DNA of 60,210 nucleotides from Methanosarcinales archaeon (GTDB lineage Archaea > Halobacteriota > Syntropharchaeia > Alkanophagales > Methanospirareceae): contig JAODGH010000039.1 of the NCBI GenBank assembly GCA_025464325.1, positions 1 through 60,210 of the forward strand, read 5' to 3'. The notes beneath the pieces are model-generated. The model saw nothing but the letters and a program-made list of their open reading frames with translations. It had not been told where the DNA came from and searched no databases. Below are positions 19,242 through 29,333 of the stretch, piece by piece (the first letter of the stretch is position 1; the number at the start of each line of letters is the position of its first letter). A program made the translations under genes and the position numbers.

Positions 19242-21680
19242 ATGAGGTTTATAAGGTGGTTTGAAGAGGTTGGACGTGATGATGTAGCGCTGGTTGGAGG
19301 TAAAAATGCATCACTCGGCGAGATGATAAGGAACCTCAAAGAAGAAGGGGTGAACGTTCCTTCTGGTTTCGCCATCACTGCGGAGGCATATAAATATCTG
19401 ATACAGAGTGCGGGCATAGACAGAGCAATCAGGGAAATCCTCCGGGATCTGGATACGCACGATATGGAGAATCTATCAGAGCGAGGCAGCAAAATAAGGC
19501 GATTGATAAAGAACGCGGGCTGTCCACCGGAGCTGGAGAAGGAGATACGGGAAGCATATAGGGCGATGGAGAGCCGATACGGTAAAAACGTGGATGTGGC
19601 AGTGAGAAGCAGTGCAACAGCGGAGGATCTACCGAATGCCAGTTTTGCAGGGCAACAGGAGTCGTACCTGAATGTAAGAGGCGAAGATGAGCTGATAGAA
19701 AGGGTGATGGATTGCTTCGCTTCTTTATTCACCGACAGAGCGATATCGTACCGTGTGGATAAAGGATTCGACCATTTGAGCGTTTATCTCTCAGTTGGTG
19801 TGCAGAAGATGGTTCGTTCTGACCTGGCATGTGCTGGTGTCATGTTCTCAATAGACCCCGAATCGGGGTTCAGAGATACGGTATACATAACCGGTGCCTA
19901 TGGTCTGGGTGAGTGTGTGGTACAGGGTGCGGTCAATCCCGACCAGTTTTATGTGTTCAAGCCGACATTGAGAAAAGGGTACCGACCCATAGTGGAGAAG
20001 AAACTGGGGGCTAAACGTAAGAAACTGGTCTACCGTAAGCGAGGGGGAGGTACCAGACAGGAGCGAGTGAGTAAAGAAGATCGAAATAAGTTCGTGCTGA
20101 GTGATGATGAGATACTCACGCTTGCGAAATGGGCGTGTATCATAGAGGAGCATTACGGTACGCCCATGGATATTGAATGGGCGAAGGACGGAGTAACAAA
20201 CGAGCTGTTTGTGGTACAGGCGAGACCGGAGACCGTACATTCACAGCGTAAACTTGCACAGTTAGAGACCTACGTGCTTGAAGAGGACAGGGAGCAATTA
20301 AAAGACAGGTTACTTGTAGAGGGCGAAGCGGTAGGTACAAAGATAGGACAGGGCGAGGTAAAGGTGATCCAGAACGCGGATGATATAAATGAGTTCAGAC
20401 CCGGGCAGGTCCTGGTTACCGAGATGACAGACCCGGACTGGGAGCCGATAATGAAGATTGCAGGAGCAATAGTAACAGACCGAGGTGGCAGAACCTGTCA
20501 TGCCGCTATCGTATCACGAGAGCTTGGGATACCGTGTGTGATCGGCACAGTAAATGGTACGAGGATCTTGAAGGATGTGAAAGAGGTCACCGTCGACTGC
20601 TCCGAGGGTGTGGGGCGAGTATACGAAGGGATACTGAAATACCGGCGGAATACAGTATCTCTTGAGAACATATCCCAAACGCGAACAAAGATAATGATGA
20701 ATATTGGCGTTCCCGATAACGCGTTTGTACACGGTCAGATCCCGAATGATGGCGTTGGACTGGCACGTGAGGAGTTCATTATCAATTCTTACATAGGCAT
20801 TCATCCGATGGCGCTTATAGATTATGAGAAATTGAAAGAGAAAGCGAAGCATGACAGGAATATAGCGCGTCTCATAAAGGCAATCGATGCACGGAGTACC
20901 ACATATGAAGACAAGAGGCAGTTCTTTATCGACAATCTCGCGATGGGAATAGCAAAAATTGCAGCAGGATTTTATCCCAACGATGTGATAGTGCGGTTAT
21001 CGGACTTCAAGACGAACGAATATGCGAATCTTCTAGGTGGTTATTTGTACGAGCCGATAGAGAGCAATCCGATGCTGGGCTGGCGTGGTGCATCACGTTA
21101 TTATGACGAGCATTTCAAACCCGCCTTCGGACTCGAGTGTCAGGCGATAAAGAAAGTACGGGAGGAGATGGGGCTGACGAACGTGAAAGTGATGGTTCCT
21201 TTCTGCAGGACACCGGAAGAGGGCAGGAAAGTGATAGAAGCGATGAGCGAGTTCGGACTCAAGCAGGGTGAGAACGAGCTGGAGGTGTATGTGATGTGCG
21301 AAATACCGTCAAACGTCATACTCGCAGACGAATTTGCGGAGATATTTGATGGTTTCAGTATAGGCTCCAATGATCTAACCCAGCTGACGCTTGGTCTGGA
21401 TCGGGATTCCGATCTCGTCGCGCGTATATTTGATGAACGAAACGAAGCAGTGAAGCGACTGGTGAAGTATGCGATCGAGGCAGCGCACAAGCATGTGCCA
21501 AGGAGGAAGATAGGTATATGTGGTCAGGCACCGAGCGATTTCCCGGAATTTGCCGATTTCCTCGTTGAGTGTGGGATCGATTCGATGTCCCTGAATCCGG
21601 ATGTGGTGGTATCCACACGTCTGCATGTGGCGCAGACGGAGGCACGCTTAGCAAAAGAGGAGCAAAACCAGGCTGACTGA
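19242..21680 (+). CDS. ppsA: Phosphoenolpyruvate synthase
   Basis: VGGKNASLGE, VRSSATAED, GGRTCHAAI (phospho-His), FSIGSNDLTQ. Confidence 0.97.
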   Translation: MRFIRWFEEVGRDDVALVGGKNASLGEMIRNLKEEGVNVPSGFAITAEAYKYLIQSAGIDRAIREILRDLDTHDMENLSERGSKIRRLIKNAGCPPELEKEIREAYRAMESRYGKNVDVAVRSSATAEDLPNASFAGQQESYLNVRGEDELIERVMDCFASLFTDRAISYRVDKGFDHLSVYLSVGVQKMVRSDLACAGVMFSIDPESGFRDTVYITGAYGLGECVVQGAVNPDQFYVFKPTLRKGYRPIVEKKLGAKRKKLVYRKRGGGTRQERVSKEDRNKFVLSDDEILTLAKWACIIEEHYGTPMDIEWAKDGVTNELFVVQARPETVHSQRKLAQLETYVLEEDREQLKDRLLVEGEAVGTKIGQGEVKVIQNADDINEFRPGQVLVTEMTDPDWEPIMKIAGAIVTDRGGRTCHAAIVSRELGIPCVIGTVNGTRILKDVKEVTVDCSEGVGRVYEGILKYRRNTVSLENISQTRTKIMMNIGVPDNAFVHGQIPNDGVGLAREEFIINSYIGIHPMALIDYEKLKEKAKHDRNIARLIKAIDARSTTYEDKRQFFIDNLAMGIAKIAAGFYPNDVIVRLSDFKTNEYANLLGGYLYEPIESNPMLGWRGASRYYDEHFKPAFGLECQAIKKVREEMGLTNVKVMVPFCRTPEEGRKVIEAMSEFGLKQGENELEVYVMCEIPSNVILADEFAEIFDGFSIGSNDLTQLTLGLDRDSDLVARIFDERNEAVKRLVKYAIEAAHKHVPRRKIGICGQAPSDFPEFADFLVECGIDSMSLNPDVVVSTRLHVAQTEARLAKEEQNQAD

Positions 21681-21685
21681 TCGAT

Positions 21686-22252
21686 ATGTATATAAAAATA
21701 AGAGCGGTTGACGTTGTACGGGTGCCACCCGAGCGATTGGGTGAGGATTTAGTGAACACTGTGAAGGAGTTACTGAAAGATAAGCTTGAAGGGCGAGTGG
21801 ACAAGAGGATCGGGATGTTCGTTGCCGTACTGGACGTTGTGGAGATGAAAGAGGGCAGGATAATGATAGGCGATGGCGGTGTGTACTACGAGACGATCTT
21901 CGATGCACTCGTTTTCAGACCGATGATGCAGGAGATAGTGGAAGGAGAAATAGTGGAGATAGTGAATTTCGGTGCATTCGTTGAGATAGGCCCGCTTGAT
22001 GGTCTGCTGCACATCAGTCAGATAACAGATGAGTTCATATCGTACGATGAGAAGGGTGCGAAACTCATTACCCGTGAGTCGAACAGGACATTGGGAGAGA
22101 AGGACCGTGTACGTGCACGTATAGTTGCGATCTCACTAAATGAGCGAGATCCCGGGGATAGTAAGATCGGACTCACGATGAGACAGCCCGGTCTGGGCAA
22201 GATAGAATGGATAGAAGAGGAGCGTAAGAAAGAATCAGAGAGCGAAGTATAA
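21686..22252 (+). CDS. rpoE1: RNA polymerase subunit Rpo7 (E')
   Basis: S1 domain (FGAFVEIGPLDGLLHISQI) and IGLTMRQPGLGK. Confidence 0.95.
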   Translation: MYIKIRAVDVVRVPPERLGEDLVNTVKELLKDKLEGRVDKRIGMFVAVLDVVEMKEGRIMIGDGGVYYETIFDALVFRPMMQEIVEGEIVEIVNFGAFVEIGPLDGLLHISQITDEFISYDEKGAKLITRESNRTLGEKDRVRARIVAISLNERDPGDSKIGLTMRQPGLGKIEWIEEERKKESESEV

Positions 22253-22438
22253 ATGGAACGCGCCTGCAGGGATTGTCATCGGATAGTAGAAGAAGGTAAG
22301 ATGGTCTGTAAATGCGGTTCTAATTCCCTGAGTAAGGACTGGAGCGGCTATGTGGTCATCGTAGATGCGGAAGGTTCTGAGATAGCGAAGAAGCTGGGTA
22401 TAAAAAAGGAAGGTAGATACGCTTTGAAGGTGCGATAA
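22253..22438 (+). CDS. spt4: Transcription elongation factor Spt4 (RpoE'')
   Basis: ACRDC..CKCGS..WSG..SEIAKKLGI..GRYALKVR; follows rpoE1. Confidence 0.95.
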   Translation: MERACRDCHRIVEEGKMVCKCGSNSLSKDWSGYVVIVDAEGSEIAKKLGIKKEGRYALKVR

Positions 22439-22472
22439 CTTTACTTTTTACCTTTTTTACTTTTTACCTTTA
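22439..22472 (+). terminator. Oligo-T tract (TTTTTAC-like repeats), archaeal-type terminator
   Basis: CTTTACTTTTTACCTTTTTTACTTTTTACCTTTA between convergent spt4 and cdhC. Confidence 0.6.
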
Positions 22473-23957
22473 CTACTCCTTCTTGCTCAGTATTACCTTC
22501 CCTATGCTTATTTTTGCATCCTTGAGTACAATCTTTATGGGTGGACTGGAGCCCATACCGCCCGCGTTCGCCATTATCGCCCGAATCAAGTCCTGAGGTA
22601 TTTCTTCTTCACCGCTTATCACCGGTGGTGGCATAGCAGTTTCTGGAGCTTCTGTACCCGCTGCAGCTTCTTCTATCTTCTCCGCCGTGCCCCATCCCTC
22701 GGTTATCTTTGTACCGTCAGCTTCCCGGATAACCCCTTTCACAACCGGGTGATCAACCCGCTGCAGGAACTCACGCAGACTCTCTATATCCGTAGCTTCC
22801 TTCTCCGTCGCTATCTTGTCCATCATCTCTTCTGGTATCGCATCTTTAACCCGTTCCTTGAGGTCTGACGCCATCCATACCACGCGCCGCCATCCCCCGT
22901 CGTACTGTATGAATTTAGAGCTGTAGAAGTACTGGATACCAATACCGAGGAAGCCTTTTACCTGCTTACCACCACCAACAGAGCCCGCAATGGTCGAGAA
23001 TGGAAGCCCAATGGGTGTCTCTGAGACTTTGGAGCCACGATGTATCCAGCCAATACCGTCAACTTCGGGTATATAAAACCCCGCAACCTCAAAACAGCCA
23101 CAGCTCGTATGCGGCTTCTCAAGGAACGCGTGTAATTTTATGGAATCGTATTCACCGCCCGAAAGTTTCACTGCAGCCTCATTTACGCCCGTGTATTCAC
23201 CCCCTATCGGATCTATACACTCACCCTTGGGAATAGGCGCATTCGGTCCTTCAGGATCAACCCTCGCCGCAGCTCTCGAATCGAACCAGCTCATTGCACC
23301 GCAGAGTGCTACCCTATCCGGCGTAACCACACAGACATTCGTCGGTGCAAATGACTGACACAGCGTACATTGATAGAATTCGTCCACATCCTCGTCATGT
23401 AACCCCCGCGTCTTCATGTCTCGTGCTTCATAGATCTTCATCGCCTCTTCCAGTTGCTTCTTCACCTCGTCCTCGTCTGTTATGTATATCGCCTCCATCT
23501 TCTCTATGAACGGTAATTCCGATTTGAACAGCATTATCGTCGCTTTTGCGATCTGTTTCAGCGATTTCAAGCCCTTCTTAACCGCTTCTTTGCTTATCCT
23601 GACCCATATCTCTGCACGCTGGTTTAAGTGCATATAGCCCTGTATGTAGGACTGATACTCGTGATTCCTCCGTTCTATAACCGCTTCCAGGTCTTTCTCG
23701 ATCTTCTCGCCATAGACCTTATATATCATGCCGAACGCGTAAGTACCGCCCTCTTCCATCTCTTCTAAATCCGGTCCTATCAGCGTTACTTCGTTATCAT
23801 GTACCTTGTCTGGATCGGGTTCAAAGAGAACGAGTTCGAACCCGGGCTTATTCATACCGCCCAACTCCACGTACATGTTCGATTTTCTTACCCGCTCGCC
23901 CTCGTACATCGGGTTAAGGTCAAACGGGAAAACCTCTTCTGCCTCTGCTTCCCCCAT
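22473..23957 (-). CDS. cdhC: Acetyl-CoA decarbonylase/synthase beta subunit (ACS)
   Basis: YEGERVRK, CTLCQSFAPTNVC, PHTSCGCFE A-cluster ligands. Confidence 0.95.
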   Translation of the reverse strand: MGEAEAEEVFPFDLNPMYEGERVRKSNMYVELGGMNKPGFELVLFEPDPDKVHDNEVTLIGPDLEEMEEGGTYAFGMIYKVYGEKIEKDLEAVIERRNHEYQSYIQGYMHLNQRAEIWVRISKEAVKKGLKSLKQIAKATIMLFKSELPFIEKMEAIYITDEDEVKKQLEEAMKIYEARDMKTRGLHDEDVDEFYQCTLCQSFAPTNVCVVTPDRVALCGAMSWFDSRAAARVDPEGPNAPIPKGECIDPIGGEYTGVNEAAVKLSGGEYDSIKLHAFLEKPHTSCGCFEVAGFYIPEVDGIGWIHRGSKVSETPIGLPFSTIAGSVGGGKQVKGFLGIGIQYFYSSKFIQYDGGWRRVVWMASDLKERVKDAIPEEMMDKIATEKEATDIESLREFLQRVDHPVVKGVIREADGTKITEGWGTAEKIEEAAAGTEAPETAMPPPVISGEEEIPQDLIRAIMANAGGMGSSPPIKIVLKDAKISIGKVILSKKE

Positions 23958-23986
23958 CTTTCGCTATATTCTACTATCTGGCAGCA

Positions 23987-24004
23987 TATTTAAAAGGCTT
24001 TTCA
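23987..24004 (-). promoter_or_regulatory. Putative BRE/TATA promoter for cdhC
   Basis: Minus strand reads GAAAAGCCTTTTAAATAT about 30 nt upstream of the ATG. Confidence 0.5.
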
Positions 24005-24058
24005 AAAAGTTCCAATAACCGGCATGCAAAACCGACAAATGTCAATATTGAAGGGTGT

Positions 24059-24970
24059 TTATTTTAACATTCGCATCAATAGTGCCTTCTGTGCATGCAA
24101 TCGATTCTCAGCCTGGGTCAGTATAACATCCTCCTCACGGTTCAGTACCGCCTCTGTTATCTCTTCTCCTACATGCACGGGCATGCAGTGCATAACTATT
24201 ACGTCCTCTTTTGCCATCTCCACCACCCGCTCGTTCACCTGGTACGGTCTGAATACGCGCACTCTCCGTGCTCTTTCTGTTTCCGCGCCCATCGAAACCC
24301 AGACATCTGTATATATCACATCAGCATCAGTTACCGCAGCTTCTATATCGTCGGTTACATGCACCTTACAACCCAGCGATTCTGCTCGCTTCAACACCTG
24401 TACATCGGGTTCGTACCCACGTGGACATGCCACACTGAACCGTTCAATACCCACCAGTGCGCATCCGCCTATCAGTGAGTTGCATACATTATTACCATCG
24501 CCGATCCATGCCACTTTAATACCTTCAAACCCGTTCCTGTACTCTTTTATCGTCATCAGGTCTGCTAAAGTCTGACATGGGTGTTCCCGATCGCTTAAAC
24601 CGTTGATCACCGGTATGGACGCATAACGTGCAAAATCCTCTATCGTACCGTGCGCGTATGCTCTTATCATAACAGCATCGATATACGCGGACATAACCTT
24701 CGCCGTCTCCTTTATCCTCTCGCCTCTACCAAGTTGCAGTTCGTTCCAGTTCAGGCTGGTCACTTCACCGCCCAGCTCGAACATAGCCACTTCAAACGAT
24801 ATGCGTGTGCGTGTGGATGGTTTCTCAAATATGAGTGCCAGCACCTTGCCTTCCAGGTCATTTCGTTTCTTCAACCCGTTCGCTCGTTCTTTCTTCAAGC
24901 TCGTTGCACTATCCAGTAACTCCTCGATATCCCTGCCTGTGAGGTCGAATATAGAAATCAACCGATCCAT
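24059..24970 (-). CDS. argF: Ornithine carbamoyltransferase
   Basis: FEKPSTRT, HPCQ, WVSMG, HCMP, QAENR. Confidence 0.95.
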   Translation of the reverse strand: MDRLISIFDLTGRDIEELLDSATSLKKERANGLKKRNDLEGKVLALIFEKPSTRTRISFEVAMFELGGEVTSLNWNELQLGRGERIKETAKVMSAYIDAVMIRAYAHGTIEDFARYASIPVINGLSDREHPCQTLADLMTIKEYRNGFEGIKVAWIGDGNNVCNSLIGGCALVGIERFSVACPRGYEPDVQVLKRAESLGCKVHVTDDIEAAVTDADVIYTDVWVSMGAETERARRVRVFRPYQVNERVVEMAKEDVIVMHCMPVHVGEEITEAVLNREEDVILTQAENRLHAQKALLMRMLK

Positions 24971-25004
24971 ATTCTAAATAGAAGTCTCTGATAAAGATAT
25001 AACC

Positions 25005-25859
25005 CTAACCCTGCCGTGACTTCAATACCGGTACCTTTTGCAGTATCCTCAACAATACAAATATGACCAGACAAATAGAGATAAGCAAAACCGAAATCGG
25101 TCTCGCACCTGCTATTCCGGGCAAGCCACTTAATCCATAGGATGCAAACCTGTCACCTATCAGTATTGACGCAGAACGGGGGAAGGAGGCAACAATCATC
25201 ACCGCAGCAAATTCGCTTATCCCCCGAGCCCAGCATAGAATTGCACCACTGAATATAGAAGGAAAGGCAAGAGGGAACGTTATTTTTATGAATGCTCGCC
25301 AATGAGATGCACCCAGCGAGCGTGCAACGTTTTCCAATCGAGGATCCACATCTTTAAACCCCTCACGTGCTGCATCTACTAAAAACGGGAGACTGACGAA
25401 GAGCATTGCGATCACTATTCCCGGAAAAGCATCTATAAATGCAATACCAACCTTCTCAAATGGCGCGCCTATCACGCCATAACGCATGAATACGCCGTAT
25501 AACGCAATCCCTGCAACGATGTGTGGCACAACCAGAGGCACATCCACTATGCTTTCTATAACGCTCTTACCCGGAAAATCCTTCCTTGCGAGGAGATACG
25601 CCAGGGGGACGCCGAAAAAGAAGGCAAGCAGTGTGGAACACGTTGCAGCAGATATGCTTACCCATATCGATTTTAGAACTACAGGATCCTTTGCAGCATC
25701 AATCAACCCGGTTATGTCTGTCGCCTGCTTGTAAAACATGTTTCCCAGCGTAATACAGACGAAAGCGATCAGGAAGAGCCCTAAAAATAGGAAGATGATG
25801 TATATCTTCTCACACTTTAGTCTCTCAACCGACCAGTTCGAAAGAGCTCTCATTGCCAC
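25005..25859 (-). CDS. wtpB: Tungstate/molybdate ABC transporter permease (WtpB/ModB)
   Basis: DVPLVVPHIVAG, ARSLGAS (EAA loop), WARGISEF. Confidence 0.8.
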   Translation of the reverse strand: MAMRALSNWSVERLKCEKIYIIFLFLGLFLIAFVCITLGNMFYKQATDITGLIDAAKDPVVLKSIWVSISAATCSTLLAFFFGVPLAYLLARKDFPGKSVIESIVDVPLVVPHIVAGIALYGVFMRYGVIGAPFEKVGIAFIDAFPGIVIAMLFVSLPFLVDAAREGFKDVDPRLENVARSLGASHWRAFIKITFPLAFPSIFSGAILCWARGISEFAAVMIVASFPRSASILIGDRFASYGLSGLPGIAGARPISVLLISICLVIFVLLRILQKVPVLKSRQG

Positions 25860-26067
25860 ACCTTCCCGCTTATATTTAGCTCGCTCGGAGCATATTTACG
25901 ACCCATGATGAAAGTTTCTTGACGGTTGTAAGCACTTGTGTACCGTCACCGATATGCAAGAATATACCATTCATTATAACAGAACCTGTTATATTAATGT
26001 TGCGTATTTAGTGGCTTTATCCCCAGACTAAGTTTCGATAGACCACCCTATTTTTGGTGAAATATCA

Positions 26068-26135
26068 GAGATATTCCCAAAAAAACTCATTTGAAACAGC
26101 AACCAAATTTCCAGTAGAAAGGCTTCAAATCGTAA
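26068..26135 (+). mobile_element. Isolated left-end relic of the same IS5-like element
   Basis: GAGATATTCCCAAAAAA resembles the 10813 inverted repeat; ACCAAATTTCCAGTAGAAAG (26102-26121) is identical to 10845-10864. Confidence 0.75.
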
Positions 26136-26282
26136 ATATCAAATATAACCTTAGATCGGGATATCCACGTCAAAGAGCAATACCCGTGTATCGACGGAAT
26201 CTTTTGGCTAAAATCATCGACAGGATGACGCTAATAAAGAAAAGAAAGGGTCGGCTTAAGATTTCAGCCAACCCACAATGGC

Positions 26283-26789
26283 TCATTCTTTTGGCGGTGT
26301 GAAGACCCGCGTTGCCAGTTCGCGATCAAGCATGATTAACCCGTTACCGTCTTTCCCGATGAGTTTCAATCTTGCAATGATCTCGTTATCGTTCGCTTCC
26401 TCTTCGATCTGTTCTGTAACGAACCACTGGAGGAATATGCTCGTTGCATGATCCTTCTCCGCAATCGCGAGTTCTACAAGCTCATTTATGCTCCGTGTAA
26501 TGAACTGCTCATGTGCAAGCGTCTTTTCAAACATATCGAGTGGAGACTCGAACTCACCTGGCGGCTGATCTATCGCTTTTAATTTCACCTGCCCGCCCTG
26601 AGCGTTGATGTAGTCATAGATTTTCATTGCATGGAACATCTCCTCCTGATACTGTACCATGAACCAGTTGGCAAAGCCCTTCAGCCCGATGTAGGTACTG
26701 TATGCAGACATAGACAGATAGAGATATGCGGAATACAGCTCCTTATTCAGTTGTGTATTCAGCATGTCCAGCATCTTATCGCTAAGCAT
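26283..26789 (-). CDS. ftnA: Non-heme ferritin
   Basis: ELYSAYLY, EEMFHA, LQWFVTEQIEEE ferroxidase residues; alternative GTG start at 26801. Confidence 0.93.
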   Translation of the reverse strand: MLSDKMLDMLNTQLNKELYSAYLYLSMSAYSTYIGLKGFANWFMVQYQEEMFHAMKIYDYINAQGGQVKLKAIDQPPGEFESPLDMFEKTLAHEQFITRSINELVELAIAEKDHATSIFLQWFVTEQIEEEANDNEIIARLKLIGKDGNGLIMLDRELATRVFTPPKE

Positions 26790-26804
26790 CTTTGTTTGCA
26801 CACC

Positions 26805-27452
26805 CTACAGCTTCTTATGGCAGAACCACCAGTCATAGCACTGATACTGCCTGAGGCGTTCCTTAGCCGTATCCTCATCCGATGCCGGTGGTATTATCAC
26901 TTCATCGCCTATCAACTCGTTCTCAGGCCAGTTCGCAGGCATCGCCACACCATGTTTATCCACGATCTGCAACCCTCGCACCATCCTGAGTATCTCATCC
27001 ATGTTTCTGCCGAGCTCCTGCGGATAGTACAGTATAGCCCTTATGATGCCCTGAGGATCAATAATGAATACTGCCCTCACTGTATTGGTCCCTTTATTCG
27101 GGTGTATGATTCCCAGGGTGTATGCCACGCGACCTGTATCGTCCGCAATCACAGGGAACTTTATCTCCTCATTAAGTTTCTCTTTTATCCATTCCACCCA
27201 CTTTATGTGGCTAAATACCTGGTCTATACTCAATCCAATAAGCGCGCAGTCGAGTTTTTCAAACTCCTCGTAACGCCTTTGAAATGCCACGAATTCCGTG
27301 GTACACACGGGTGTGAAGTCCGCGGGATGACTGAACAGCACGAACCACTTACCACTGTAATCCCCGGGCAGTCGCATCCTGCCGTGTGTCGTCTGTACCT
27401 CCATATCGGGTAATCGCGCCCCGATCAGGGGCATACCTCTATCTTCTTCCAT
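26805..27452 (-). CDS. Peroxiredoxin (archaeal Prx6/TDXH type)
   Basis: [13 protein letters not shown]-terminal CYDWWFC. Confidence 0.95.
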   Translation of the reverse strand: MEEDRGMPLIGARLPDMEVQTTHGRMRLPGDYSGKWFVLFSHPADFTPVCTTEFVAFQRRYEEFEKLDCALIGLSIDQVFSHIKWVEWIKEKLNEEIKFPVIADDTGRVAYTLGIIHPNKGTNTVRAVFIIDPQGIIRAILYYPQELGRNMDEILRMVRGLQIVDKHGVAMPANWPENELIGDEVIIPPASDEDTAKERLRQYQCYDWWFCHKKL

Positions 27453-27560
27453 AAATTTAGGTTGGGCATGGCACCATAAAAAGACCGGTGTTGATCCCGA
27501 CGAGCTTCGGCAAAGCGAGGTATGCTGTATGCAACCACCAGCATCATCGAATTCTAGTGT

Positions 27561-29246
27561 TTAATGCGTGAAATAAGCAACCACGAGATCAGAGGATACC
27601 GAATCTATCCGGACGAACCCATACCGCTCGAACTGCACGACCTTATCCAGCTCCGACGCGATCAACGGCTCGCCTATACCTTCATCATCGGTACCATCTG
27701 GCTTCTTTACTCGTACTTTTATACCTTTGTCAGGCACCCAGTGAATGATAAAGTCACCCTTCTTTGCTGTATCTTCAATAACCCTACCAATCGGTGGTTT
27801 TACTGATTCTATCACCACAGTACAGAGGTATTTCAGTCGTATGCGCTGACCCACCCGCAGTCTTGCATAATCATCACCAGCAATATAAACCCTGTTCCCG
27901 GTTCTTATTTCACGATAATCCGTCCTTGACGGATGTCGCAACGCCATAGCGACAAAGGTATCGCCACCCTGCAGCTCCATCGGTACCGGTCTCCTGACGA
28001 AGAAATAACGCATGGCATGAGGATCCACGATTTTACGGTTCTCTGCGTACAGGTTCTTCATACTGACCGAGATATCGTTCTGTGAGACGCCCATAGCGAT
28101 AAAGAACCTGCGAATTGCTTCAGGCTGGAATCCCCGGCGTCGCAGTGCACGTACGGTTGGCAATCTCGGATCGTCCCAGCCGTCATATTCACCGCGTTCT
28201 ATACCCCGTCTAAGTTCCGATGTACTGAACTTACCGAACTCAAGTACCCGTATCTTGCCCCATACCGCTGTTACTGGATATCGCCAGCCGAAATAGTCAT
28301 AAAGGAACCGCTGCCGCAACTCTGACTTCAGGAGATCCTTACCCCGTAATATATGCGTTATGCCCAGCACGTGGTCTTCTATCGCAGATTCGAAATCCAG
28401 CGTGGGCCACACAATATATCGCGCTCCAACACGTGGATGGTCCCGCTTCAATATCCTGAAAGCGACCCAATCCCGTAAAGCTGGATCGTCATTGCTCATA
28501 TCTGTCTTTATCCGCAGTACCGCCTCCTTCTCATCATAATCGCCCCTGAGCATCCTGTCCCAGTACTCCATATTCGACTCAGGTGCTGCTTCTCTATGCG
28601 GACATGCCACCTTACGGTCCTTATAAGCTCTGAATTCTTCCCGTGTGCAGAAGCAAACGTATGCGAAACCCCGATTTATCAGGTCTGCACCATATCGATA
28701 ATACAGCTCCATACGTTCTGATGCTACAATCACATCATCCGGTACGGCATCCAGCCATTTACAATCCTCCAGATACCACTTATAAGCCTCAGGCAACGGA
28801 CGTTTCAGTAACGGGTCCGTATCATCGAATCGCAGTATGAACCGCCCGTTGTACATCTTCGCATACTCAGAATTGACAATTATACCACGAGCACTGCCAA
28901 GCGTTGCGGCACCGTTTGGGTTGGGTGCGAATCGCATAACCACGCGTTTGACCTCGTCGTGCATCGGCAGTTCCGGCAGTTTCGGCTCAGCCTCATGCTT
29001 CGCAGCTTTGTCCGCCCGTTCTTCCATAGCCCCGGGTGCTATTCGCCTCAGTTCGACCGCCCACTCTTCTGCACTCATCGATTCTATCGCTTTTATCTCA
29101 TCTCGTACCAACCTGGAGATCTCTCGTGCTTCTTTCCTCAATTCCGGATGCTCGCCGAGTATCCTCTTCAGTACCGCATCTATTTGCGGCGGTTTGCCAT
29201 ATTTCAACGCGTTCTGCAATGCGTATCTCCGTATCTCTTCTCGCAT
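27561..29246 (-). CDS. gltX: Glutamyl-tRNA synthetase (archaeal; presumably non-discriminating)
   Basis: MRFAPNPNG, RFDDTDP, HILRGKD, GWDDPRLPT, QFERYGF. Confidence 0.96.
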   Translation of the reverse strand: MREEIRRYALQNALKYGKPPQIDAVLKRILGEHPELRKEAREISRLVRDEIKAIESMSAEEWAVELRRIAPGAMEERADKAAKHEAEPKLPELPMHDEVKRVVMRFAPNPNGAATLGSARGIIVNSEYAKMYNGRFILRFDDTDPLLKRPLPEAYKWYLEDCKWLDAVPDDVIVASERMELYYRYGADLINRGFAYVCFCTREEFRAYKDRKVACPHREAAPESNMEYWDRMLRGDYDEKEAVLRIKTDMSNDDPALRDWVAFRILKRDHPRVGARYIVWPTLDFESAIEDHVLGITHILRGKDLLKSELRQRFLYDYFGWRYPVTAVWGKIRVLEFGKFSTSELRRGIERGEYDGWDDPRLPTVRALRRRGFQPEAIRRFFIAMGVSQNDISVSMKNLYAENRKIVDPHAMRYFFVRRPVPMELQGGDTFVAMALRHPSRTDYREIRTGNRVYIAGDDYARLRVGQRIRLKYLCTVVIESVKPPIGRVIEDTAKKGDFIIHWVPDKGIKVRVKKPDGTDDEGIGEPLIASELDKVVQFERYGFVRIDSVSSDLVVAYFTH

Positions 29247-29333
29247 CGTTACTACCTGCCTGCAAACAGACCGATTTAAAAGTGTACAATGCTTATACTA
29301 TAAAACACGAGGATATAACATAACAATAAATAC

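Noticed and set aside
25858..25892. CTCCGAGC...GGGAAGGTG upstream of wtpB, reminiscent of Moco/Tuco RNA ends
   Set aside because: Only about 30 nt; the internal stems of the motif are absent, so it is probably chance plus an RBS
26028..26057. CTAAGTTTCGATAG as a possible IS1634-type terminus
   Set aside because: No partner inverted repeat or transposase fragment seen; too short to support
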